A DNA stretch of 64,000 nucleotides from assembly GCF_055900595.2 (NCBI RefSeq), contig NZ_CM148325.1. One strand, written 5' to 3'. The translations under genes were made by a program, and so were the position numbers. The notes under the pieces were generated by a model, which saw nothing but the letters and a program-made list of their open reading frames with translations, was not told the DNA's origin and ran no database searches. Of the stretch, positions 23,968 to 33,622 are shown one piece after another. The first letter of the stretch is position 1, and every line of letters starts with the position of its first letter.

Positions 23968-24507
23968 CTATAGCTGTTTATTCCAGAGATGCTTGAAAAT
24001 ATCTAATGTGGAGACAACATTGGCAGGCGACATTCGGTTTAATGAGGATAGAAAGGGATGAGACTCCAGGAAGTTGATAAAACGAGTCGCGCTTGCTAAC
24101 GTCGAATACCGCATTTCATTTGCTTTCTTGTTTCCTGTAAGGTTACAAACAGCCATTGAATAATCACGGGCGGAAAATGCACGCCAGACATTATTTCTCA
24201 CGCCACCACTCAAAAACAACCGCGGCGGCGTATCATAATGAGTCGTTTTCTCGCCGCGTTCTTTCACAAATGAAATATGGCACCGGCCTTGATGAATATG
24301 CTGTAAATTAGCCATTAGACAACCGCCTAATATAAAGCACTCGTGATCAAGGTAGTGTTGAATATTTATAGAATATGCTTCAGTCAGTACTCTAACCAGT
24401 TCAAAATGGCGATACGCCGGAAGAACAGGTTTCACCAGCATCCCCGGATCGTTTTGATGTAATATCGCCCGACCATAATCAATATCAAATAAAGTATCAC
24501 GTCGCAT
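23968..24507 (-). CDS. Hypothetical protein (179 aa), function unknown
   Basis: ORF with its own strong Shine-Dalgarno (AAGGAG 8 nt upstream of ATG); overlaps the 3' end of the upstream zinc-ribbon ORF by 76 nt in another frame; no recognisable motif. Confidence 0.5.
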   Translation of the reverse strand: MRRDTLFDIDYGRAILHQNDPGMLVKPVLPAYRHFELVRVLTEAYSINIQHYLDHECFILGGCLMANLQHIHQGRCHISFVKERGEKTTHYDTPPRLFLSGGVRNNVWRAFSARDYSMAVCNLTGNKKANEMRYSTLASATRFINFLESHPFLSSLNRMSPANVVSTLDIFKHLWNKQL

Positions 24508-24944
24508 AGTAAGTAACTCCTTGCGTTGTACGTGATGCGCCAGTGTACCAGAAGTAATAATTTACGGATATCAGCAAGTGAAGCGCCTTGCTCAATCATC
24601 AATGCTAAATGTGTTCTTCGCGGCGTTGTATTTACATGATCCAGAGTGATAAAAGTTCCGGAACAATGATGACAATACATTCTCCTCTGCCCCTGAGCTG
24701 AATAGCCATACTTTTTCAGAGATGTGCTTCCGCAAGCTGGACATTGTGAAACCAACCCTCGCCATGAATGATTAACACGATTACGATAAATATTAAGAGA
24801 TCGTTCAGATATCACAGGAAACAAGTAACCGCATTCTCGACATAAAATATTTTTGCCTTGTGCAATATAATCCTGGCTATTCAACAACCCCAGGTTTTTG
24901 CATCCTGGTGTTTTGCAACAATCAACATTTACGTTGGTAAACAT
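24432..24944 (-). CDS. Tandem zinc-ribbon plus putative HTH protein, IS1 InsA-like
   Basis: Four CxxC pairs (CCKTPGC, CRECG, CPACG, CHHCSG); the second ribbon (CPACGSTSLKKYGYSAQGQRRMYCHHCSGTF) resembles the IS1 InsA zinc finger; start set at MFTNVNVD, which has an AGGGAG Shine-Dalgarno (ORF track starts 12 codons earlier without one). Confidence 0.5.
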   Translation of the reverse strand: MFTNVNVDCCKTPGCKNLGLLNSQDYIAQGKNILCRECGYLFPVISERSLNIYRNRVNHSWRGLVSQCPACGSTSLKKYGYSAQGQRRMYCHHCSGTFITLDHVNTTPRRTHLALMIEQGASLADIRKLLLLVHWRITYNARSYLLCDVILYLILIMVGRYYIKTIRGCW

Positions 24945-24998
24945 ATTCACTCCCTGCGAATACCCGGATATTATCGTCATATGTCAAAGAAAAGAACC

Positions 24999-25023
24999 TG
25001 ATTCAATGTGTAACATTGAATCA
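24999..25023 (-). terminator. Perfect 11-bp inverted repeat hairpin downstream of the sulfatase gene (putative terminator or operator)
   Basis: tgattcaatgt-gta-acattgaatca; on the minus strand it is followed by a T-rich stretch (ttcttttcttt). Confidence 0.5.
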
Positions 25024-25073
25024 GGCGGGCATAGCCCTAAATGGCATACATTACATTTATTATGATTATCAGG

Positions 25074-26567
25074 TTAGCCCCAGGTCACTGCTTCTGGTTT
25101 ATCACCTCTGGCTTTCATTAATGAATCATTATCAATATCGGCTTTATACTTTAAGAAATTACCATACATTTGTTTTTCAATGTCTGGATTTTTACCTATC
25201 TGATTAATGGTCTCAAAACGATCGGTTTTGAGGTTGTATAGGTACTTTGGCTTATTGTTACGATCGATGATCATTTTCCAGTCACCATCACGTATCGCCC
25301 ATTCGTCGGTTGGATCATCCTGGAATGGCATGTCAATTCCGAAGATTAATGGCTTTTCACGTTTTAGCGCCTTGTTCTCAAGGACAGGAACCAACGATTC
25401 GCCATCAAAAGTGCGGTCCGTCGGTAATTTGAAGTTCATCATTTTCGCCAGCGTAGGCATCCAGTCCAGACCATAAACGGGAGTATCTGAAACCATTCCC
25501 TTTGGAAGATGCTTTCCGTATTTAATAATCGCCGGAACACGGATGCCGCCTTCCCAAAGATTATCCTTGCGACCACGTAATCCATCCGTTTCCCCTGCCA
25601 AATTCAGCTCATACACTTTGCGCGCTTCACGCGTTACCGGACCGTTATCACTGGTAAAAATAACGATTGTGTTATCTTCTTCACCCATCGCTTTGATTTT
25701 ATCCAGCACTTTTCCAACCTGTGCATCCAGATAGCTGATGTTGGCATAATATTCCCCCACACCACGCCAGGGTTTATCCGCCCAGTCGCCATAAAATAAA
25801 TCAGGATGCTGTTTCTGATAGTCGCTCATATATTGTGAGTACATGTCGAGGTATTTTTTGGGCGAAGCCAGGGGACTGTGCACTTCGGTAAAAGCGACAT
25901 AAAGGAAGAAAGGCTTACTATCCTTTTTGTTATCCAACCAGTTAACGACTTCCGAACTGACATACTCACCACTCATTTTATCGGCACGAGGTGTGGGTTG
26001 CCCGTTACGCAACCAACCCGTCGGATACACCATGCCAAAACGGGGACGCTCCTTCGCATTATCCAGAGTAGCGTCGGTAACAAAACCCGCCGTATTAACC
26101 AGTGAGTAATCAAAGCCCATATCTTGTGCTTGTGGCTGATCGGTGCGATCGCCGCCTGCATTCAGATGCAGCTTACCCATCATTGCCGTGTCGTACCCTT
26201 GCGCTTTGAGTAGATTAGCAATCGTGAGTTCGTTACGCCCTAAGGCAACATCTTTGCCTGAAGGAATCCATGAGCGAATTCCAGTACGAAATGGCATCCG
26301 GCCGGTTAATAGCCCAGCGCGTGAAGGTGAACTTAAAGGGGCGGGGGCATAGTAGTCAGTAAATTTGACCCCTTCCTGGGCAAGCCTGTCGATATTAGGT
26401 GTTTTAACGATCTGATGACCATATGTTGCTAAATCGCCATAACCTAAATCATCCGCCATAATAATGACTAAATTAGGTTGTTTAGCCTCTGCGGCTAAGG
26501 CAGGACTAAAAGCATTCCCTGTGCAAACTGCAAGGCCGATCAAACTGGCCATTAACGTTTTCTGCAT
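25074..26567 (-). CDS. Periplasmic sulfatase, Ser-type
   Basis: 497-aa ORF with signal peptide and sulfatase signature region PLSSPSRAGLLTGR (Ser at the formylglycine position), LVIIMADDLGYGD metal-binding motif. Confidence 0.8.
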   Translation of the reverse strand: MQKTLMASLIGLAVCTGNAFSPALAAEAKQPNLVIIMADDLGYGDLATYGHQIVKTPNIDRLAQEGVKFTDYYAPAPLSSPSRAGLLTGRMPFRTGIRSWIPSGKDVALGRNELTIANLLKAQGYDTAMMGKLHLNAGGDRTDQPQAQDMGFDYSLVNTAGFVTDATLDNAKERPRFGMVYPTGWLRNGQPTPRADKMSGEYVSSEVVNWLDNKKDSKPFFLYVAFTEVHSPLASPKKYLDMYSQYMSDYQKQHPDLFYGDWADKPWRGVGEYYANISYLDAQVGKVLDKIKAMGEEDNTIVIFTSDNGPVTREARKVYELNLAGETDGLRGRKDNLWEGGIRVPAIIKYGKHLPKGMVSDTPVYGLDWMPTLAKMMNFKLPTDRTFDGESLVPVLENKALKREKPLIFGIDMPFQDDPTDEWAIRDGDWKMIIDRNNKPKYLYNLKTDRFETINQIGKNPDIEKQMYGNFLKYKADIDNDSLMKARGDKPEAVTWG

Positions 26568-26587
26568 AATTATTCCCTGATAAAAAA

Positions 26588-27349
26588 TTAGAAATCATAA
26601 CCAAGCATATAAATCATTTGATCGCCAAAGCCATCGTAGCCCAGCTTATTATCGAAATAACGCCACGTCACACTGGCTTTCCAGCGAGGATAGAACTTCC
26701 AGACAATAGTTAAACCGCCATTTAATCCGTTCCGGCCAAATTGCTGCTCCGTGTAAGCATCGTTCCTGTCCAGTTCTATTTCATTCCAGTTAGATAAAAC
26801 AAATTTTTCGTCAAATAACATAAATGGCAATACTGCTGTCCAGCCAACAACATAACCATTCCAACCATTCGTTTGACCATATTTAGCTGATACGTAGTCA
26901 CCAGATTGATTATGTAATCCAATATACGGTTTAAAAAAGCCCCACTCGCCGTTCCAGCCGAGATAACCGAATCCATAAAACATGTCCAGATCGTCACCCC
27001 ATGAGTTATCCCATTGGCCATAAATTTTGCCAAAGAATGTCATATCAGAGTCAAAGAGTCTGACATGCGTCATTGCTGAAACCGTATGATTTCTCCCTGC
27101 TACAGCATGATTGAGTACATTACTTTCATAAAATGAGTAAAATTCTGCTTCTTTAAAATTTACCCCAAAATCCGCAGTCACTTTCCATACTTCACCACGG
27201 TGAGTGTTTACAAATCCACTATTCCAGTCTGCATAACCCGCATTTATTGAACCAAAGGTTCCTTTATATTCTAATGAAGAATATGCAGGAAAATGATAGA
27301 TAGCTGTTATCAGGGTACACGCAATAAGAAGTCGTCTTTTGGCAGACAT
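26588..27349 (-). CDS. Outer-membrane channel, Tsx/OmpK family-like
   Basis: 253-aa ORF with signal peptide, aromatic-rich beta-strand pattern and C-terminal ...GYDF ending as in Tsx (GYNF). Confidence 0.7.
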   Translation of the reverse strand: MSAKRRLLIACTLITAIYHFPAYSSLEYKGTFGSINAGYADWNSGFVNTHRGEVWKVTADFGVNFKEAEFYSFYESNVLNHAVAGRNHTVSAMTHVRLFDSDMTFFGKIYGQWDNSWGDDLDMFYGFGYLGWNGEWGFFKPYIGLHNQSGDYVSAKYGQTNGWNGYVVGWTAVLPFMLFDEKFVLSNWNEIELDRNDAYTEQQFGRNGLNGGLTIVWKFYPRWKASVTWRYFDNKLGYDGFGDQMIYMLGYDF

Positions 27350-27903
27350 ATATTATGTTCTCCATTCATTGTTTTTATGATTCCATAGGAATTAATACAC
27401 CAGATAATTCATTTTGATTAAGAACGACTCAGAAAGTATATTTAAAGGTGAATGGCAAAGCGTGATGGAGATCGCAGATTACTTTTACCCCCGGGTGTGG
27501 AGGTATCGTGTTTCAAAAAGTGTGTCGATTTTAAATATCACTCATTGATTTATAAACATTTTTCCTCACAAAAAGAAAATTCAATTCTGTACAAGAATAT
27601 TTTGTATCTTCTATTACTTTCTCCAGTAATAACTCACCATTCAGGCATAACTTAAACCTCTTGTTCATAATCTCAACTTTTGTAAATGAAAACGCACATA
27701 AGAGTTAAAATAAACAATGTACTAAAGATTAATTACGCAAAAATGCGAGGCGTCTTCAGGATTAGAATCGATAAAACAGAATGGGTTAAAGAGAGCGATA
27801 TAATAGCGGCGGGTGCTTGAGGCTGTCTGTCTCAGGCATTAGCTGAACGGCAGATAGAGAAAAGCCCCGAGTGATATTTTACCATCAACCCGAGGCCCCC
27901 TAT

Positions 27904-28113
27904 ATGCAGAACACATGTAGAGTGCCTCTTACTGACCGTAAGGTCAAGGAGAAGAGAGCAATGAAGCAGCATAAGGCGATGATTGTCGCCCTGATCGTCA
28001 TCTGTATCACCGCCGTAGTGGCGGCGCTGGTAACGAGAAAAGACCTCTGTGAGGTTCACATCCGAACTGGCCAGACGGAGGTTGCTGTTTTCACGGCTTA
28101 CGAATCCGAGTAA
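27904..28113 (+). CDS. mokC: MokC, overlapping regulatory reading frame of the hok/sok-type locus
   Basis: 69-codon frame MQNTCRVPLTDRKVKEKRA... that reads in frame into hokC, as in the K-12 mokC/hokC arrangement. Confidence 0.65.
   Translation: MQNTCRVPLTDRKVKEKRAMKQHKAMIVALIVICITAVVAALVTRKDLCEVHIRTGQTEVAVFTAYESE
27961..28113 (+). CDS. hokC: Type I toxin HokC (Gef), small membrane toxin
   Basis: 50-aa frame MKQHKAMIVALIVICITAVVAALVTRKDLCEVHIRTGQTEVAVFTAYESE recognised as Hok-family toxin. Confidence 0.85.
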   Translation: MKQHKAMIVALIVICITAVVAALVTRKDLCEVHIRTGQTEVAVFTAYESE

Positions 28114-28216
28114 GAGCAACGGCGGGGAGTGATCCCCGCCACTTTACAGGTGCTCGCATATCTTCAACGCACCCTATTTTTACCCAAGCCTGCCCACAGG
28201 CAGGCTTTTGGGGAGG

Positions 28217-29347
28217 TTAGCGAGTCAGGTCGTCAAAAAACTTCTTCACACCATCAAAGAAGCTCTTTGAACGCGGGCTGTTGTGCTCACCGGTTGGGCC
28301 ACCGAAGCTTTCCTGCAGCTCTTGCAGCAGCTGTTTCTGCTTCTCGTTCAGACCTACCGGTGTTTCGACGACAACGCGGCACAGCAAGTCACCTTGCGCA
28401 CCGCCGCGAACAGACTTGACGCCTTTACCGCGCATACGGAACAGCTTACCGGTCTGGGTTTCGCCAGGCACTTTCAGTTTGACGCGACCATCAAGGGTCG
28501 GTACTTCGATTTCGCCACCCAGCGCTGCCATAGCGAAGTTGATCGGGACTTCGCAATACAGGTTGTTGCCTTCACGCTCGAAAATCGGGTGCTGTTTAAC
28601 CTGAACCTGAACGTATAGATCGCCTGCCGGTGCGCCATGCTCGCCCGCTTCACCTTCGCCCGCAAGACGGATGCGGTCTCCAGTGTCCACTCCTGCCGGG
28701 ATTTTAACGGACAGCGTTTTGCTGCGCTCAACACGACCATGACCATGACATTTGTTGCACGGATCTTTGATCAGCGTACCGCGGCCCTGACAGTGTGGAC
28801 AGGTCTGCTGTACAGCGAAGAAGCCCTGGCGCATCTGCACCTGACCAGAGCCATGACAGGTCGGACAGGTCTGCGGCTGTGTACCTGGTTTTGCACCGCT
28901 ACCGTGGCAAACGTCACACTCTTCCAGAGTCGGAATGCGGATCTCTTTGGTCACGCCACGTACAGCTTCTTCGAGGGTGAGCTCCATGTTATAGCGTAAA
29001 TCAGCACCGCGCGCCGCACGTTGACGACCACGTCCGCCGCCAAAAATATCGCCGAAAACGTCACCAAAAATATCGCTGAAGTCTGCGCCGCCGCCAAAAC
29101 CGCCGCCGCCCATGCCGCCTTGCTCAAACGCAGCATGACCATACTGATCGTATGCCGCACGTTTTTGCGAGTCGGTCAGAACTTCATAAGCTTCCTTGAT
29201 CTCTTTAAATTTCGCCTCGGCCTCTTTGTCACCCTGGTTACGGTCCGGGTGGTATTTCATGGCCAGGCGTTTGTAGGCCTTTTTGATTTCACGCTCTTCC
29301 GCTGTTTTGGAAACGCCTAAAATCTCGTAATAATCTTGCTTAGCCAT
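28217..29347 (-). CDS. dnaJ: Chaperone DnaJ (Hsp40)
   Basis: ORF contains [21 protein letters not shown]...HPDRNQGD J-domain and CxxCxGxG zinc-finger repeats; start trimmed to MAKQDYY. Confidence 0.97.
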
Positions 29348-29435
29348 CTTTTTTGATTTGCCCCTAGATGAATGCACGGGCGGAGAGGAAATTCCCCTTC
29401 GCCCGTGTCAGTATAATTACCCGTTTATAGGGCGA

Positions 29436-31352
29436 TTATTTTTTGTCTTTGACTTCTTCAAATTCAGCGTCGACAACATCGTCATCTTTCGCGTTGTTTG
29501 CAGAAGCATCAGCACCGGCAGTCTGCTGCTGGGCATGTTGCTGCTGGGCGATTTCCATCAGTTTCTGGGAAACCTGTGCCAGTTCCTGCATTTTCGCTTC
29601 GATAGCGGCTTTGTCTTCACCTTTCAGAGCAGTTTCCAGTGCAGTCAGCGCAGACTCGATAGCAGTTTTGTCGTCAGCCGGCAGTTTGTCGCCTGCTTCT
29701 TCAACCTGCTTACGGGTGCTGTGCAGCAGATGGTCGCCCTGGTTGCGAGTCTGTACCAGCTCTTCAAACTTACGGTCAGCTTCGGCGTTAGCTTCTGCGT
29801 CGCGTACCATTTTCTGGATTTCATCTTCGTTCAGACCAGAAGAAGCCTTGATGGTGATCTTCTGCTCTTTACCGCTGTTTTTATCTTTCGCGGAAACGTG
29901 CAGGATACCGTCAGCATCGATATCGAAGGTAACTTCGATCTGCGGCATACCGCGCGGTGCCGGGTTGATACCATCCAGGTTGAACTGACCCAGAGATTTG
30001 TTATCAGCTGCACGTTTACGTTCACCCTGCAGCACGTGGATGGTTACCGCAGACTGGTTGTCTTCAGCGGTAGAGAACACCTGGCTGTGCTTGGTCGGGA
30101 TAGTGGTGTTTTTCGCGATCAGCGTCGTCATCACACCGCCCATGGTTTCGATACCCAGAGACAGCGGGGTAACGTCCAGCAGCAGTACGTCTTTTACGTC
30201 ACCAGTCAGAACACCACCCTGAACAGCAGCACCGATGGCTACAGCTTCGTCCGGGTTAACGTCTTTACGCGGCTCTTTACCAAAGAACTCAGCAACTTTC
30301 TTCTGAACCATTGGCATACGAGTCTGACCACCAACGAGGATAACGTCGTCGATATCAGATACGGACAGGCCAGCGTCCTGCAGTGCAACTTTCAGCGGCT
30401 CAATGGAACGGTTTACCAGGTCTTCAACAAGGCTTTCCAGTTTCGCACGAGTCACTTTGATGTTCATGTGTTTCGGACCGGTCGCGTCTGCAGTGATATA
30501 CGGCAGGTTAACGTCGGTCTGCTGAGCGGAAGAAAGTTCGATTTTCGCTTTTTCTGCCGCTTCTTTCAGGCGCTGCATTGCCAGCGGATCGTTGCGCAGG
30601 TCAATGCCCTGATCTTTCTTGAATTCTTCAACCAGATAGTTAATCAGACGGCTGTCGAAGTCTTCACCACCCAGGTGGGTATCACCGTTGGTTGCCAGAA
30701 CTTCGAAGGTTTTTTCGCCGTCAACTTCGTCGATTTCGATAATGGAAATATCGAAAGTACCACCACCCAGGTCATAAACCGCGATAGTACGGTTGCCAGT
30801 ACCTTTGTCCAGACCGTAAGCCAGCGCAGCGGCGGTCGGTTCGTTGATGATACGTTTTACTTCCAGACCAGCGATACGGCCTGCGTCTTTGGTTGCCTGA
30901 CGCTGAGCATCGTTAAAGTATGCCGGTACGGTAATAACAGCTTCAGTTACCGGTTCGCCCAGGTAATCTTCCGCGGTTTTCTTCATTTTTTTCAGCACTT
31001 CAGCAGAAATCTGCGGCGGTGCCATTTTCTGGCCTTTAACTTCGACCCAAGCGTCGCCGTTATCAGCAGCAATAATTTTGAACGGCATGATGGAAACATC
31101 ACGCTGTACTTCTTCGTCCTGGAAGCGGCGGCCAATCAGGCGTTTAATCGCAAACAGGGTGTTTTGCGGGTTTGTCACTGCCTGACGTTTAGCCGGCTGA
31201 CCAACCAGAGTTTCACCATCCTGGGTATAGGCAATGATAGAAGGCGTGGTGCGATCGCCTTCGGCGTTCTCCAGTACACGAGGAGTGGTGCCATCCATAA
31301 TCGCTACACAAGAGTTGGTAGTACCCAGGTCGATACCAATTATTTTACCCAT
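29436..31352 (-). CDS. dnaK: Chaperone DnaK (Hsp70)
   Basis: 638-aa [50 protein letters not shown]... recognised as DnaK. Confidence 0.98.
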
Positions 31353-31468
31353 CTAAACGTCTCCACTATATATTCGGTCATCATGTGGTTGTGAGTCTGT
31401 AATAGGGGCGAAACGTTTGGTTTCAACAGCCCAATTTCATTTTTTTTGCAGACTCACTCACTGCGGTT

Positions 31469-31504
31469 GACTACTAAATGGGGTCGTAACCCACGTCATC
31501 AAGG
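31469..31504 (-). promoter_or_regulatory. Sigma-32 heat-shock promoter of dnaK (P1-like)
   Basis: Minus-strand sequence cCTTGATgacgtgggttacgaCCCCATTTAgtagtc matches the sigma-32 consensus (CTTGAA ... CCCCATnT) upstream of dnaK. Confidence 0.55.
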
Positions 31505-31729
31505 GGGAGATGCAAAAATTTTTTGTGCTTTTGCGCAGAAATTTCGCGATATGCCAGAACAAGACACGAAACAGACAGTAATTTCATTCATATAAAGAAT
31601 GAATCACAACCAAGGCATTCACCAAAAAATTGTAATAAAAAGAAAAGATTACATGACTGAAACTTCTTTTCATCAGCAGTAAACTAGTGGGTATTCTTCC
31701 CCCTTCCCCTCCCTACGAAGAGAATCCTT

Positions 31730-32134
31730 ATGAAATCCGTTTTTACGATTTCCGCCAGCCTGGCAATTAGCCTGTTGCTTTGCTGCACAGCGCAGGCAAA
31801 CGACCATAAAATCCTCGGCGTCATTGCGATGCCGCGTAACGAAACCAACGATCTGGCGCTGAAACTTCCTGTTTGTCGCATTGTTAAACGCATTCAACTT
31901 ACTGCCGACCATGGCGATTTACAGTTAAGTGGTGCATCGGTTTATTTCAAAGCCGCCCGTAGCGCCAGTCAGAGCCTGAATATTCCTTCAGAAATAAAAG
32001 AAGGGCAAACCACTGACTGGATCAACATTAACAGCGATAACGACAATAAACGCTGCGTCTCAAAAATCACCTTTTCCGGCCATACGGTGAACTCATCGGA
32101 TATGGCCACGCTGAAAATTATCGGCGACGACTAA
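31730..32134 (+). CDS. yaaI: Secreted protein of unknown function YaaI
   Basis: 134-aa [41 protein letters not shown]... recognised as YaaI. Confidence 0.85.
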   Translation: MKSVFTISASLAISLLLCCTAQANDHKILGVIAMPRNETNDLALKLPVCRIVKRIQLTADHGDLQLSGASVYFKAARSASQSLNIPSEIKEGQTTDWININSDNDNKRCVSKITFSGHTVNSSDMATLKIIGDD

Positions 32135-32159
32135 CGCCAGAATATAGAAGCCACAAAAA

Positions 32160-32873
32160 ATGAATGTTAATTACCTGAATGATTCAGATCTGGATTTTCT
32201 CCAGCATTGTAGTGAGGAACAATTGGCAAATTTCGCCCGGCTGCTCACCCATAATGAAAAAGGCAAAACTCGCCTCTCCAGCGTACTGATGCGCAACGAA
32301 CTGTTTAAATCGATGGAAGGACATCCCGAGCAACATCGCCGCAACTGGCAGCTGATTGCCGGAGAATTACAGCATTTTGGTGGCGATAGTATCGCCAACA
32401 AACTGCGTGGACACGGTAAATTGTATCGGGCCATTTTGCTCGATGTTTCAAAACGATTGAAGCTGAAAGCCGACAAAGAGATGTCTACGTTTGAAATTGA
32501 GCAACAGTTACTGGAACAATTTCTGCGTAATACCTGGAAGAAAATGGACGAGGAACATAAGCAGGAGTTTCTGCACGCGGTCGATGCCAGGGTGAATGAG
32601 CTGGAAGAGCTGCTGCCGCTGCTGATGAAAGACAAATTATTGGCAAAAGGCGTGTCGCATTTGCTTTCCAACCAATTGACCCGCATTTTACGCACCCACG
32701 CAGCAATGAGCGTACTTGGGCATGGTTTGCTGCGCGGCGCGGGGCTGGGAGGCCCTGTAGGCGCGGCACTAAATGGGGTTAAAGCGGTCAGCGGCAGCGC
32801 CTATCGCGTGACGATTCCAGCCGTACTGCAAATCGCCTGCCTGCGTCGGATGGTTAGTGCCACTCAGGTCTGA
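32160..32873 (+). CDS. yaaW: Protein of unknown function YaaW
   Basis: 237-aa ORF MNVNYLNDSDLDFLQHCSEEQLANFARLLTHNEKGKTRLSSVLMRNELF... recognised as YaaW. Confidence 0.85.
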   Translation: MNVNYLNDSDLDFLQHCSEEQLANFARLLTHNEKGKTRLSSVLMRNELFKSMEGHPEQHRRNWQLIAGELQHFGGDSIANKLRGHGKLYRAILLDVSKRLKLKADKEMSTFEIEQQLLEQFLRNTWKKMDEEHKQEFLHAVDARVNELEELLPLLMKDKLLAKGVSHLLSNQLTRILRTHAAMSVLGHGLLRGAGLGGPVGAALNGVKAVSGSAYRVTIPAVLQIACLRRMVSATQV

Positions 32874-33021
32874 TACCGGAAACCGGGGAAAATTTTCATT
32901 TTCCCTTCAAAAGATCGTAGACACTGCCCCACTGGCTGATTATTATGCCGCGCCCTGAAAACACTACAGTTATTCAGGGAAATTATTTCACCATTCATTC
33001 GATGATGATTTTTGAGGAATT

Positions 33022-33588
33022 ATGGGCAACACTAAGTTGGCTAATCCGGCACCGCTGGGCCTGATGGGCTTCGGCATGACCACCATTCTGCTTAACCTGC
33101 ACAACGTGGGTTATTTCGCTCTTGACGGTATTATTCTTGCAATGGGCATTTTCTACGGCGGCATCGCGCAAATTTTTGCTGGTCTGCTGGAGTACAAAAA
33201 AGGCAACACTTTCGGTTTAACCGCATTCACCTCTTACGGTTCTTTCTGGCTGACGCTGGTTGCGATTCTGCTGATGCCGAAACTGGGTCTGACCGATGCG
33301 CCAAATGCACAGTTCCTTGGTGTATACTTGGGTCTGTGGGGCGTATTTACGCTGTTTATGTTCTTCGGCACGCTGAAAGGCGCACGCGTTCTGCAATTCG
33401 TTTTCTTTAGCCTGACCGTGCTGTTTGCCCTGCTGGCGATCGGTAACATTGTCGGTAATGCCGCGATCATCCACTTTGCCGGCTGGATTGGTCTGATCTG
33501 CGGTGCCAGCGCAATCTATCTGGCGATGGGTGAAGTACTGAACGAGCAGTTTGGTCGCACCGTTCTGCCGATTGGTGAATCCCACTAA
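33022..33588 (+). CDS. satP: Succinate-acetate/proton symporter SatP (YaaH)
   Basis: 188-aa multi-pass membrane ORF MGNTKLANPAPLGLMGFGMTTILLNLHNVGYF... recognised as SatP. Confidence 0.93.
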   Translation: MGNTKLANPAPLGLMGFGMTTILLNLHNVGYFALDGIILAMGIFYGGIAQIFAGLLEYKKGNTFGLTAFTSYGSFWLTLVAILLMPKLGLTDAPNAQFLGVYLGLWGVFTLFMFFGTLKGARVLQFVFFSLTVLFALLAIGNIVGNAAIIHFAGWIGLICGASAIYLAMGEVLNEQFGRTVLPIGESH

Positions 33589-33596
33589 TTGTTTTG

Positions 33597-33622
33597 AGAT
33601 CCCCCCGCTCGGGGGGATTTTT
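33597..33622. terminator. Bidirectional rho-independent terminator between satP and mog
   Basis: gatccccccgctcggggggattttttt: perfect GC hairpin flanked by T-run, lying between the two convergent stop codons. Confidence 0.65.

Noticed and set aside
24432-24507. Possible programmed -1 ribosomal frameshift joining the two overlapping ORFs upstream of nhaA (IS1-style InsAB' fusion)
   Set aside because: No A6C-type slippery heptamer in the overlap, and the downstream ORF has its own strong Shine-Dalgarno and ATG; kept as two genes with the question left open in the findings.
27380-27870. Non-coding stretch between the Tsx-like porin gene and mokC/hokC, considered for an additional small gene or the Sok antisense RNA
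   Set aside because: No ORF with a credible start or ribosome-binding site; the Sok RNA is probably here but I could not define its ends from sequence alone.
28120-28207. Two hairpins between hokC and dnaJ (cggcggggagtgatccccgcc and gcctgcccacaggcaggctttt)
   Set aside because: Likely terminators for the convergent hokC and dnaJ transcripts, but I could not assign which hairpin serves which strand confidently enough to list them as features.
29358-31394. 678-aa ORF on the + strand antisense to dnaK
   Set aside because: Covers almost exactly the dnaK coding region on the opposite strand with no ribosome-binding site or independent evidence; treated as a shadow ORF.
32171-32695. 174-aa ORF antisense to yaaW (position of the historically annotated htgA/mbiA)
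   Set aside because: No independent sequence support for coding; overlaps yaaW completely, so not reported as a gene.
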